From contig BLSG01000097.1 of assembly GCA_012862495.1 (NCBI GenBank), positions 38,715-83,997 on the forward strand: DNA of 45,283 nucleotides, in the 5' to 3' direction. Both the position numbers and the translations under genes were made by a program. This document shows positions 1-12,000 of the stretch, one piece after another (positions within the stretch are counted from its first letter, which is position 1; the number at the start of each line of letters is the position of its first letter). Under the pieces are notes generated by a model, which saw only the letters and a list, made by a program, of their open reading frames with translations, was not told the origin of the DNA and made no database searches. The stretch is from Thraustochytrium aureum (Eukaryota).

Positions 1-1
1 C

Positions 2-2872
2 AAAGCCCAATTCGACCAGGACGACTACACTTTGACAGTCGCCATAAAGTCCAGCGGAGAGCTCGCGCCGACCCAACCTATCTCTGTCTCTGCGTCGGTG
101 TGCGGCGTCGACCGCGGTGTGGCCAACGCGATGGCCCAGACAGGGTCCAAAGCTTCAATTCTAGTACCAGGGCCGCGCAAGAGCGCCCTCCGATCCGACC
201 ACTTCGCGTGCATGTCGTTCAGCGCTGGGCCTGACAATCTCGGCCAGGCCCTTCTCTTGGGCCGCCACATGGGCGACGAGACCCCCCACCACGTTCACCT
301 CGACAAAGGCCTGGTCCTGGTTGTCTCGGGGGCGTGGACACCGAGAGCTGTGGACGAACGACGCCGCGAGGCGCACGCGCGAGAAAGCGCGTTTCTTGCT
401 CGCGACCGCGCACGTTGCACAAGACGGGCCATCGTGATTCAGCTGGCGGTACGCAGGTTCCTGTCCAGAAAGCGCGTGCTCCGCTCTCTCGCTCTCACAT
501 ACGGGGACGAGGCAGGCGGCGGATGGCACATCTACTATGACGCCAAGCTACGGCGATGCTACTATGCGCACAGCGACGGCTACGACATCATCCTCGCAGA
601 GAAAAGCCCCGACTTCAAAGCGTACGGGCGAGAAATTGCCGCAAGAGCCAAGAAGCGCAAGCAAGACATGCTCGTCAAAGCTCTTGCCATTCTGAGCCTA
701 CGCGGCGCGCTCCCCGAGCGCCTCCTGCAGGTGCAGGCCGCGCTCGCAATCACCCGCAACGAAGGCGACCAGAAGGCAGCGGTCGCTTGTTTACTGCCAC
801 TTCTCCAGGCGCAAGACCCCAGCTTCAAGGCGCTTTGCGCGCTCGGCACGGGTTTGTTCAACCAGTGGGCCACCAGCGGTGTGCCGATTCTAATCGAACG
901 CGCTCTGGAGGCCTGGAGACTTGCTCTGGATCAACCTGTCCCGAGCAACGAGTGGCCCGAGCAAGCTTTCGCGGTATGCATCAGGACCCACGTCGCCAAG
1001 GGCAAGGTTCGCCGCGCTACTCGCCTAATCGACGAGTACATCAAGCTGTGCGATATGGTTGGCAAGCCCTGGCTCGCCGTCCGCGTCGTCGAGCTGCAGG
1101 CCTCCCTCCTAACACGCGGCAAGCCCCCCAACCTCAACGGAGCCGTCCAAGTTCTCTTGCGCGCCCTCGACCTCCGATGCCTCGAGCGACACGAACACCG
1201 GGCCCGGGAGGCAGACTACCTGTTCCAGCTCGCGGGCCTGCAAGAGATGATTGCGCGCAAGGCCAAGAAAAAGCCCAAGTCGCGGCGCAAGACCAGGCCC
1301 GCGTCCCCAGGCGCGGCTCCTCGTTCGAGCACCAAGGAGCGCTCACGCGAAGAGGGCGTGTTCAACCAAGCCCGTCGCGCGGCATTTGAGGCGGCTTCCA
1401 AGAGCGTCAACAGAAATGCGGCCGAGTTTTGCTTGGCGAAGCACGCTGACGAACAGGCCTGGTGGGAAGACCCGCTCACGTATGTTCTATTTGCGCAAAG
1501 GTACTACGCACGCAGCGCATTCGCGTGCTGCGCTGATGCCTACACACTGGCGGTGGAGCGCGGGGCGGTGCTCACCACCCGCATGTCGTTCGAGTTCGCG
1601 CGAGCGGCGCGCTTTGCTGGGCAGCCCTTCCTCGGCGGCTTTGTAGCCCAGTCCGGCGTCGCCGCAAGTGGTGCTGCCGAGGCCCACGTCGCCCTCAACT
1701 CGCCCCAAAAGACGCATGCGCGAGACCTGGTAGCACACTTTCATTCGCTGACAACACCAGGCCAGACGCGCCAACGATTCATCGCCCAAGCCGCGGCGGT
1801 CGCCAAGGCACGGCTTCGGCATGTGCAGCGCAACATGGAGCGGCGCGTCTCGTTCTGGCGCGAGTTTGCGGTCCAGTCCCGCGAGCGCAAACGGCAAGCA
1901 GCGCTTCGACTTCAAACCTTCGCCCGAGTCAACCGCGACAAGAAGGTCTTGCGCCTCTACAAGGAGCAGCGCCGGCGAGCAGTCCACTTGCAAGCGAAGG
2001 TCGCAGCGAGGCTGAAAGGCGCTTTGCTCGATGACGTTCTGACGGCGTGGAAACGACTGGCGCGCCAAGCGCAGCGCGTTCGCGAGGCGATCAACAGCCG
2101 TCTACGCGGATGCATTCAAGCTGTTTGGACCGCATGGGTCGACCTGCACGCGGCCGGCCGAGCCAAGCGTACTCTTGCCGCTTCGCGCGTCCAACGCGCT
2201 TGGCGGGCGTACAGCATGCGAACGCGCTTGGACCGCCGAATTTTGCGCGAGCAGGCGGCTCGCGCGCGCCGCGAATTCTTCTCACTGCTGCTCCGCGAGG
2301 GCATTGCCGCCAAACGAATCCAGCGAGCCTTTCGAGCCCACCGGCGCGCTCGTCTCGAGAGCTACAAGCCAGAGATTTGGGTGCAAGCCTTTTTCCGCGC
2401 ACGCCAGTGGCGCGCGAGGTTTCTGCAAAAAAAGGCCGCCGCAGTTTTAGTTCAAGCTGTCGTGCGCGGGTATCTCGCGCGCAAGGCTGCCAGGGTCCTC
2501 TTCCGCTCGCACTTCCGTCAGGCTGCGAGGGCGTTCCTTGCAGGGCCCGAGTCGCACCATCGACTTGCAGGGAAGGGCAACTCATGTTCGCGAGTGGAAC
2601 TGCCGCGCCGCCGCCTGCGCCGCAGCTTGGCAAGGGACCCGGCCAGACTGCCGACTCTTTCGCAGTCCTGCAAGGCCGCCGTGCACGGCGAGGCGAGTCT
2701 CCACGCCAACTACGTTCTACGCCCGTCGCGGCTAAAGGCCAACAAAACGGTACTCCCAAGCCTGCTCGGTGAGCGCAGGGCCCAGGGCCAGGAACGTGAG
2801 ACAGCACTTGTAGCTGCAGAGGAGCGGCGCTTGGCTCAGCGGCGGCGAGTACTCTTGCAGCGCCTCTTTTGA
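2..2872 (+). CDS. IQ-motif (calmodulin-binding) protein with WW-like segment and helical/TPR-like middle; probably 5'-partial
   Basis: Frame is open from the window edge (2-31 reads KAQFDQDDYT) to TGA at 2870-2872. IQ-like motifs IQLAVRRFLSRK, VQRAWRAYSMR, IQRAFRAHRRAR, VQAFFRARQWR, VQAVVRGYLARK. WW-like GWHIYYDAKLRRCYYAH. Confidence 0.7.
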   Translation, partial: KAQFDQDDYTLTVAIKSSGELAPTQPISVSASVCGVDRGVANAMAQTGSKASILVPGPRKSALRSDHFACMSFSAGPDNLGQALLLGRHMGDETPHHVHLDKGLVLVVSGAWTPRAVDERRREAHARESAFLARDRARCTRRAIVIQLAVRRFLSRKRVLRSLALTYGDEAGGGWHIYYDAKLRRCYYAHSDGYDIILAEKSPDFKAYGREIAARAKKRKQDMLVKALAILSLRGALPERLLQVQAALAITRNEGDQKAAVACLLPLLQAQDPSFKALCALGTGLFNQWATSGVPILIERALEAWRLALDQPVPSNEWPEQAFAVCIRTHVAKGKVRRATRLIDEYIKLCDMVGKPWLAVRVVELQASLLTRGKPPNLNGAVQVLLRALDLRCLERHEHRAREADYLFQLAGLQEMIARKAKKKPKSRRKTRPASPGAAPRSSTKERSREEGVFNQARRAAFEAASKSVNRNAAEFCLAKHADEQAWWEDPLTYVLFAQRYYARSAFACCADAYTLAVERGAVLTTRMSFEFARAARFAGQPFLGGFVAQSGVAASGAAEAHVALNSPQKTHARDLVAHFHSLTTPGQTRQRFIAQAAAVAKARLRHVQRNMERRVSFWREFAVQSRERKRQAALRLQTFARVNRDKKVLRLYKEQRRRAVHLQAKVAARLKGALLDDVLTAWKRLARQAQRVREAINSRLRGCIQAVWTAWVDLHAAGRAKRTLAASRVQRAWRAYSMRTRLDRRILREQAARARREFFSLLLREGIAAKRIQRAFRAHRRARLESYKPEIWVQAFFRARQWRARFLQKKAAAVLVQAVVRGYLARKAARVLFRSHFRQAARAFLAGPESHHRLAGKGNSCSRVELPRRRLRRSLARDPARLPTLSQSCKAAVHGEASLHANYVLRPSRLKANKTVLPSLLGERRAQGQERETALVAAEERRLAQRRRVLLQRLF

Positions 2873-2985
2873 CGCACGCATTCGAGCGCCGGGCCCGCCA
2901 AGCATGGCGACCTCTTTTCTTTTGTTGACACGTCCGGATGCCGGGCCCGCGCCGGCGAAGTCCAGTGGCAAAGAGCAAGCGTATC

Positions 2986-3019
2986 TTTGTTTGTTTGTTT
3001 GTTTCGTTTCGTTTCGTTT
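2986..3019. repeat. (GTTT)n/(GTTTC)n microsatellite between convergent genes
   Basis: tttgtttgtttgtttgtttcgtttcgtttcgttt read directly. Confidence 0.85.
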
Positions 3020-3089
3020 GGATCTAGGGATTGCGGTTCGCACAGCGGNNNNNNNNNNGCGCATAAAATCGCAGTGTGCCTGTTCGACC

Positions 3090-6000
3090 TCACGAGTCGA
3101 TGTTGAGGCAAAGGCTGACGCCCTGCAAGATCCATGCCGAAGGGTGCTCTGTGGTCCTCAAGTCGGCCTCAAAGACCAGGCCGACCCCCATCGCGTTCTT
3201 GCGCGCCTGTGTGACGTATACTGGCGTTCGCAACGTGTCCTGCAACTTGAGTTTGCTCGCCTCAATCGGGATCACGCGCAGAATCGGGAGCTCCTGCACG
3301 AGAACCTTGGGGCGCTGAGCCACAAGACACGACTCGTTAAGATCCCAAGCAGCGCCTTCGAGGTAAAGCCCGACGATAAAGCACCCTGTGTCGGGGCGCT
3401 CAAGGACCTGGCTAGCGTCTGTGAATTTGGTCACCTTCGAGTACATGATCGACCGGTCCAGCGGCCACTTCTTGAGGCGGCATGTCGCCTGAACCAGCGC
3501 GGTGAGGTAGCTCTCCGGGATGTGCAGACCCGAGAGCCACATCACCTTGGGCTCGCCCTGGTCGATCCAGTCCGTGTACTGTTGCAAGCGGTGCCTAAAG
3601 TGGTCCATCCACGGCCCGAGGCCCTTTTGCGTGTCTGGGCAAAGGCGCCGCCACATTCCGGGGAGGTACCCGTTGAACAGACTCGAGGCGAGCTCGTCCA
3701 GCGCCTCGCTCATGCCAATCTCGCCCTTGAGCGCACGCTTGAGGTCGGTTAGCGAGGAGGTCATCACCAGCACCAGCTGGTTCCACCGCTCGAGCTCCTG
3801 CAGCAGGACGACCTCAGTGGGACTCGGGACCCCCATTTTGCGCTTGACCACGAGAATGTCAAAGGGGATCGGCACGGTCTTTTGCACGCTGTCTGCGGCA
3901 GCCTCGATCACGTCCTCGCGCGACATGCCCACACCGGTGTTTGCTGTTCGCGGCTGCAAGCTGATCATGTCACGAAACAGCGAGCGCGAGGCCACCGTGG
4001 AGTAGCCGATCTCCGCATTCGGGTGCAGGCCAAACACGGCCGGCCCGCAGTTGAGAGGCAGGCGCTCTACCGCAGACTTGTACATCTCGAGATCGCCCTC
4101 GGCGGGGAGGTCGTAGTCGAACCCGGCCCGCGAAAAGTAAAACTTTTGGTTCTCGTCGAAGATAAAGTCGCCCATGTACTCGTTCACATACGTGACGAGC
4201 ACGCGGCGGTCCATCGAGCAAGACACGCGGCCCCCGTACATTGCATCGCCGATGAGGTACTTGAGCGAGCCCCAGGGGATCACATCGTCCCCATTCTCGA
4301 GCGCCTTGTTGAGGTACAGGCACAGGAGGGCGCCTGCTCACCTTAAAGTCGGACTCGTTAAAGTCGTAGGCCACGTTGAATCCCACCTTGCCGTACTTGC
4401 GCCGCTCCTGCAGTACGGCGTGCAAGTACGCAAGGACGTAGATCAGCGGTCTGTACGCGACGTGCTCCGACTCCTCGAGGATGGACTCCTCCAGCTTGGC
4501 ATAGGTGGAGCGCATGTTCAGCTTGAGACCATCGGGCGGCTCTGTTACGGCCTTGAGGCTGCGCTGAAGGATGCCCAGGGGAAACCTGTCCGTCGGATCG
4601 GTCGTCAGAAACAGGCGAAAGCTCTCATTCACACGCGTCATGCCCTCCAGGCAGCCCTCCAGCTCTCGGAGCCACGAGATCAGCAAATGGCAGTTTTGGA
4701 GCAGAACCCAGTGGCCGCGGCTTGCACCGGTCTCGAGCATCTGCAGCGCGAGCGGGCCCTGGCCCTGACCGAGCGACACAGTCTTGAACTGGCTGCCGGT
4801 CACGCCGAGCTCCTCCCCTAGCGCGAGGATCTCGGAGACCACGTCAGCGCCAGGACTCAAGATGAAGAGAATCGGCGTGTAGCACGTGCTCTGATTGTAC
4901 ACGCGCTTGACGTCCAGTACGGGGGGCTGCACGTACTTTTCACCCATTTTGCCCATGATGAAGAGCTTGACGTGGTTGTAGACCCGGTCCTGGCGCAGCG
5001 ATCGGGTCACCAGAAGAGCCTCAAACGGCTCGAGGCGCTCGGAAAACCCGTCCGGGAACGCCGTCTCCTCGGGCGTCTCTAGCTCATACCAGGCGTTCCA
5101 TGCCTGGCCGTTCTGCATCATCGAGTCGATGATGCCGGCGAAGTTCTCGCCCAGCGACTCGAGCTTGAGCATGTCTTTCCAACCCGCGTCACTAATCCAC
5201 TCGTACGGGGGCGACTTGGGGCGCTTGGAGCCGGACGCCGACTCGGCCGCGCGCCCCTCGCCTTCCTCGCTGTCGCCGCCTCCGATAGACGTGTCGCCCT
5301 TGAGGAAAAAGTCAAGCTGCGTGCGGTCGAGCTGCCCGTCGCCCTCTGTGATCATGCACGTGAGCTGGAAGGCGTACATGAGCTTGTGGCGCTCAAAGAT
5401 CCCAGTGCAGCAAAAGTCGTAGATCTGCCGCGTCGCCTCCTGAATCATGTTCTTCAGGCGGTTCTCCAGGATGCCGTCCTTCTTTGCGTCGTCCATGCTC
5501 TTCTCGAACACGGTCAGGAACGAAGCGAGAGAGGTCTCGTACATCTTCATCAGCGTCGACAGGCCCGAGATGGAAAAGACAAAATCGAGCCGCGCTTGGC
5601 GACGGGCTGGTACTGGCGACGGGCGGCCTGGATCTCCTCCTTGGTAAACTTGGCATTCTCGATCTGGGCGTTGATGTCAACCGCCTTGGTCTTGGCCTCC
5701 TCCAAGGTTGCGATGAGTTCTTCGTTGTCGAGAATGTTCCCGCTCGAGCTCGCAAGCGTCTTAAGCAGCGTGTCCTCGAGCGCGGCAAGCGTCTGGGCGT
5801 TTTCGGACATTTGGCCAACGATCTCGGCAAACTTTTCCTCGATATCGCTGCGCTCGTGGCCCACGACGCGCTCCAAGAGCTGGTCAGCAAGGCCGCTGAT
5901 GGTGACGCTGTAGTTGATCACCATTGTTTTGCCCATCACCTCGGGCGTGTAGTGCGGGTTTGCCAGCTTGGTGGTCAGGTACAGCCGAAAGCCTGGGTCC

Positions 6001-9000
6001 CAATCCACCTTCTTGTCCCCGAGCTGGATCATCTGCTGCCCGTTCTCGACGGTGGTGTTGCGCTCCAAAACGGGGTCAATCATCGGATCGATCTCCTCGT
6101 CAATCGCCTCAAACAGGAAAGGGCGCCCAAACTGGATCGCGTTCTCCAGGTGCTTCATGAAGTCGCTGTCCGAGAAGGTGCGCACCGTAAGCTGGTTCTC
6201 CGCCTCCTTCTTCTTGATCCACTTGACGGCCTGCTGCTGCGGATCGATGCAGAGCGGAAACCTGCTGCAGTTGGTCGTCAGAATGCCGTTTTGCACCGAG
6301 TGGTCGTCGCCAGGCAGCCCGTCGCCGTTCCACCGCTGCACCTCGACATCGTCGGTGAGCAGCTTTTCGACGCCAAAGTCGCCACTCAGCGGCACCCCTC
6401 GTCCCGAAACGTCTGGCATCCAGTCTTCCAGGAGCTGGCGCCGGTACTTCGCTGTGAAGACGCCAAGGTAGCTCAAGAACGACGCGCCCAGGAGGCAGTC
6501 ACCCACGAGCTTGATCATTCGGTCTTCCAGCACGGCGATGTCTTTTGACCAGCGCACCTTCTCGCTGCTGAGCCCTGCAATGAGTTTGCTCGCCGCGGTG
6601 AGCCGCTTCTCCATGAGCTGCGCCTCGTCGCGTAGGTCCGTGAGCTCGCCATTGGCGGCAGTGAATTTGATGTTGAGCTCCTTCAGCTGCGCCTCGAGCT
6701 CCTCCAGGGTCTGCATGATGCCCGCCAGCTCTGTCTCTGCGGCTGCCTTTTGCTTCTCCAAGTCGCGCACCTTGAGCTTGAGGGGCTCGACGTTCTTCGC
6801 AACGTCATAGTACTTGACGATGGCAATCACCCACTGGAACAAGCCGGCCCCGGCCTTGCTCACTTTCTTCATTGTCTCCATGTTGAAGTCAGGGTCGCGA
6901 AAGTACACCTTGACCTTGCGAATCATCTTCTCCGTGATCGCGTCCTTGTCGTAGGCCTTGAGGGAGGCCAGGAAATTGCCTTGCGACATCATGGCGCGAG
7001 CGCCCTTCCAGCCCGCAGACTCGTCTTCGGTCCCCGTAGGCTTGAGGAGCACGACGCACATGCACACGGCGGCCACCGCCGGGGGCGGCGAGGTGAACAC
7101 CTTGATCTCATTAATGTCGTTCTTGTCGAGGTTGTCAAGCGCCTCCGCGGCCGCCGCGAGCGCGGGGAGAGCCTCCATCAGCTGCTCGTCCGCTTTGGCT
7201 TTTTCGACGAGGATGATCTCGTTCGACTCCTCGAGCTCCTGCTTTTTGATTTCGGCGGCCTCCTGCTTCTCGGCGGCAACCTTTTGCTTGGCATCAATGT
7301 CCTCGATCATGGCTTGGCAGTCGCGAGTCTTGCCGTCGACGATGATCTTTTTGGCGGCCAGCTCCTTGCTCATGGCATCTACAGAGGTCTCGGCCTCGTT
7401 CAGCTTTGTGAGACCGCCTCCGAGGCGCTTGATGCTCTCCTCCGTCTTGCGCTTGTTCTCCTTCATGCCAGAGCGGTAGTTGGAGATGTAGTCCAGAAAG
7501 TTCTTGGGCGTCACGTAGTTGTACCTGCGCAGCTCCAGGAAAAAGCCCTCGCTGGCCCCCATCACGCCCTGGTGCACCATGACCATGTGGTCTACAATGC
7601 CCTCGCGCTGCGCGTCAGGGAGCGGCTCGTCCTGCAAAAAGTAGTTTGCCACGCTTCGCAGCGCGTCGGCGGGCCACGGGAAGAACCAGTCGATCACGCA
7701 CCCGCTGACGAGGCCAGGAAAGTTGCGGCAGCGAATCCGCAGCGTCTCGCCACTCGGGGACATGGCCAGCACAATGTGCAGGTTTGCGCGGCACTGGCTA
7801 ATGTAGTACGCCCAGAGGTTGTCCTTGGTGTCAATGATGCCTTCCGCCTTGGCGGCGTTTCGAACGGCGTTGCAAACCGCGTCCTTTTCGTCGTTCTCGA
7901 GGAGGGCAGGCACCATCCCGGTCGTAAGCATGTTGTTGATGAGCTCCAGAAACCCCTCCTCCACAACGTGGGCATCGGTGAACAAAAACACCACTGGGCC
8001 CTCGGAGAGCATCTTGTAGAGGTTCTTGAGGTCCTCGCGAAAGTCCTTCTCGCCGTAGCCGCGGCACAGCGTGATCTCAAAGATGCGGTACCCGCACGCA
8101 AACGACGCCAAGCGCGTGAGCGACTGCTTGCCGCTCCCCCCCACACCGACGAGGAGGCAGTGGCCCAGAGGCAGCCGAATCACGCGGTAGATGCGGCAGA
8201 GGTGGTCGATGGCCATCTCGAACAGGACCAAGGTCATCGGCTTGTTGTCCACGTTGTAGAGCTCGAGCACCTCATCGAAGACGTGGCGGACCTTGTCAAA
8301 GGACGCCTGGTCGCGGTAGATCATCGGGTCCTCCGTCTCCTCTGCGAGGCGCGCCGCGGCCATCTCAAAGTCGCCGTAAAGGAGCGGCTCCTCCATGACC
8401 GCTTCCAGGTACTGGGGGAAGGTCTCGGCCATGATGTTGCGGAACTCGCTGTCGACGAGGGCCTGGTCCTCTGCGCTGATGAGGCGGTCGAAGAGCACGC
8501 GCGTGCACTCGTTGCGCCAGAGTCGAACAAGCGAGCCCGGCTTGCCCTCAAACTCGTCGGGCGTCGCCAGGCAGACGCCCTCAAAGATGCGGCCCAGGTC
8601 GCGCAGGTTGAACACGTAGTGAAACTTGGAGGGCGTGGGCGGCAAGGCCACCAGCAAGTTGTTGTACAGCCTCAGTGTCGCCTCGGTCAGCTTGGGCCCA
8701 AGCGCGACCAGATCGTCGTCAAACCTGTCCTTCAGGTACGAGGTCACAATCGAGCTGTAGATGTGCGTGAGCACGGCTTGGCTCGGCGGCGTCAGGTTGA
8801 ACACGTTGAACAGCGAGATGAAGCGCGGGTCCACGTTGTTGCGGCCGCCGCCCGGCGGGCCCATCGCAGCGAAAAACTGCAGGTCCTTGTACACGCGGAG
8901 GTCGAGGTCTTTGCCGCGATCGTACATGGAGCCCCCCCCCCACGAGAAAGTGGAGTAGCGCAATCGGGGCCTGCGTGCCGTATGTGTCCACGATGGGCAT

Positions 9001-12000
9001 GTTCATGTCGTCGATAAAGATCAGAAGCTGCTTGCCAGCAGGCGGGCCGTAGATGTGGCCCGTTCGCTTGTCCACGTTGTCCACGATGTTGTTTTGCACG
9101 TCCAAGCTGGTGGTCCGACTGCTAAAGTTCAAGTTGAGCTTGAGGTGCGACGTCGGGGGCTGGCTGTTGATAAAGTTTTGGATCGTGACCGTCTTGGCTG
9201 TCCCGGGGTCGCCAACAAAGAGCACTGGCTTCTCAACTGTCTTTGTGAGCCGCAGCAGGTGCGTGTACAGCACATTCTCCTTCGTAGGGACCATGATCTT
9301 GGAAAACTGGAACGGGCTGGGCTGCACATAGTCCGGCACGCGCGTCTCCCACGACTCCCACCGCCCCGAACCTACGTCGTAGAACGAGTCGAACAGTCGC
9401 TCTGGCAGCGCCGTGGGCGAGCACGACGCAAGGACCGAAGCAAACGGCGCGCGAGACTCGTCCAACAGCTGCCCTCCAATGGCCCAGGTCACAGCAAAGA
9501 CGAAGAGGCCCTCGACGTCCGCGTCGCTGAGCTCTTTGCGCCTCATCACAGCGGCGGCCGCAGCTGCAGCGGCGCCGTCTGCGTCGTCGTCGGCGCCCGC
9601 ATTGCTGCCGCTTTGGTCGGTGGCAACGATGCCATCGGTGGCAAACATGGCGTCCATGAGTGCGCACAGCTGTTTGACCATGCTGAGGTTGGCTACGGGC
9701 ACGACTTGGGTGGGCCTGTCCACGATTTCGTCGTCCAAAACGCCCTCGAGAACATAGTCGATACACTTGGGCACGTATTGGTCGAAGAGCTCAAGCAGTA
9801 GCTCGCGCAGGTGCTCGCGCGCGTCTGCAGAGGCGCGGCGCGAGCCCTCCGTCTCCTCCTCCTTGTCGCCGACAGCGTCGCTCGCGCTGGGCCCACCTCC
9901 CTCGCCCTCCTCGCCGCCGGCAAGGTCGCGCGTCTTCAGCCAGCGCTCGTAGTACGGGCGGTAGCCAAGGTTCTTTGGGTCCACGTACACCATGCCGCAC
10001 CGCGAAATGGTGGCCGGCGAGGCGTACTGCAGATCAAACGTCTCCATAATGAGCTTGCAGAACGGCTGGAGGCGGATCCGCTCGCCGTTCGGGAGCGTGA
10101 GGAGTCGGTTGTCGTCCATGACCGAGTTCATGTTTTCGATCCAGAGGGCGTCAACATCGCCGTCAAAGATGAGCCAGCGCATCTCGTTCTCCTTGCCGGG
10201 CGGGAGCGGCTCGTTCATGGTGCGGAACAGCTTGGAGAGAACACCGTCTGTCCAGTCGCGCGTGACGGGGTCGAGCTCGCCGTAGAGCTCTGGCAAGGTC
10301 TGCGCCTTGGGGTTGAGGACGAGCATTCGCACGCTTTGGTCGAACGCCTTGGCTTGCGAGCGCTTGAGGCAGTTGAGCACCACGGTCTTGCCGCCCCCGG
10401 TGGGGCCCACGATCATGCACGTGTGCCTGGTGAGCATCGTCTCGTACATTTGAATTGTCTTGTCGACCTGTAGCTGGAACGCGTCCTCCCCCGAGTGCCG
10501 AAAGTGGTTGGCTTCGAGGTTTTCCTCGATCGCGGTCTTTAGCACCTCGAATGCCACGCGCGGGCAGTCCAGCCCAGGGAACAGGTCCGCGATGAGGCCG
10601 TGGAAGAGCGGGACGTCGTCGAAGACGAACTTGGGCATGTTCGAGTCGCGGAGCGCGCGCATGAGCACGAGGTCCTCGGGCATTTCGGCGTACTGCCGCT
10701 TGAGCCCACCAGCCATGACGAGCACCGACTTTAGCGCGCGCAGGCCAAAATCGTAGTGGAACTGCTTGGAGAGCTGGCCCTTGGCGAGCGAGTAGAGCGT
10801 GGTCATCTTTTTGGCCAGGACGCGAGCGAGCCCGAACCCTTCCGAGAAAAGCATGATCTCGCAAATCTGCAGCAGATCGGGCACGATCATGGTCACTGGC
10901 CGGAATAGGGCCTTTAGATTGTCCGGCAGCTCGGTTCGGCCCGCGTAGCCGGGGTTCATCGTGACAAAGATGCCGATCTTTTTGTCCAAGCGAATCTCCA
11001 TGCCGAGCCCGATGTCGACGCGCTTCCTGTTTGCCTTGAGCGAGCCTTGAATGGCCTGGAGCTGCGCAGACACGACGGAGAGCACTTCGATGTTGATGCG
11101 ATTAAACTCGTCAAAGCAGCCCCACGCCCCGATCTGAGCCAGGCCGGAGAAGATGCTGCCCATCGCCTTGTAGTCGAGACCCTCGCCGCAGTTGATGACA
11201 AAGCAGGGGAGCGCCATGCCCTTGGCGAGGTCCTTCACCGTCTCGGTCTTGCCCGTGCCGGCGGGGCCGGCCGGGGCCGTGCCAAGGTTGAATGTGTGCG
11301 CCTGTGTGATGGTCATGTAGCACCTGTCGGTGAGCGGGGTGATGACGAGGCGGCCGTTGAGCCCCATAAACTCGTACCCGTACTCAAACGACCCCGTGCA
11401 CTGCCGGATGAGCACGTCGTCGCTTTCCTGGTCCCAGTAGAAGCGAAGCTGTGACTCCCAGGCGAACTCGCGCTCGTCGAGGATCGAGTCGCGCACAAAG
11501 GTGTCCACAATATCGCGCGCGTGGACGTCGATGATGAGCAGCGAGTTGACCTTTTTGCGCATGTGGCTGGAGATCTGCTGGCGCACGACCGCGACGAGGT
11601 CGTTGAGCTGCGATGTGAGCTTGTCCGCAAACTGCTTCATGGCGTGCTTGTTGCCGTCCCGCACGCGGCCAAAGACGTCTTGCACCTCCCAGGTCCACCA
11701 GATCTGGCTGCCCAAGAGGCCTACCATGCCGAGGTTGTCGTCGACCCACTGCACACGGTCTTGCTTGGCATAGTAGAAGACGCCTTCCTTCGATATCTTT
11801 TGAAGGCTGCGGCGCATCTCGGTCTCCACGCCGGTCATCCAGACCTCGACGGGGCCGTCCACAACGGATGGCTGCGAAAAGACAAACTCCTCGTCCTCGC
11901 TGGATCCCATTCCGTTGACGCCCTTCGCCCCTCGCGTAAACTTTAGCGTCTTTGTGTTGTCGAAGAGCTTGAGCATGTGGATCTGGATCGAGGTCGGGTC

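Noticed and set aside
6750..9017. Long antisense ORFs over dynein (755 aa here; 528 aa at 11977-13563) and over myosin
   Set aside because: Shadow ORFs expected from high GC and codon bias on the sense gene; no domain motifs.
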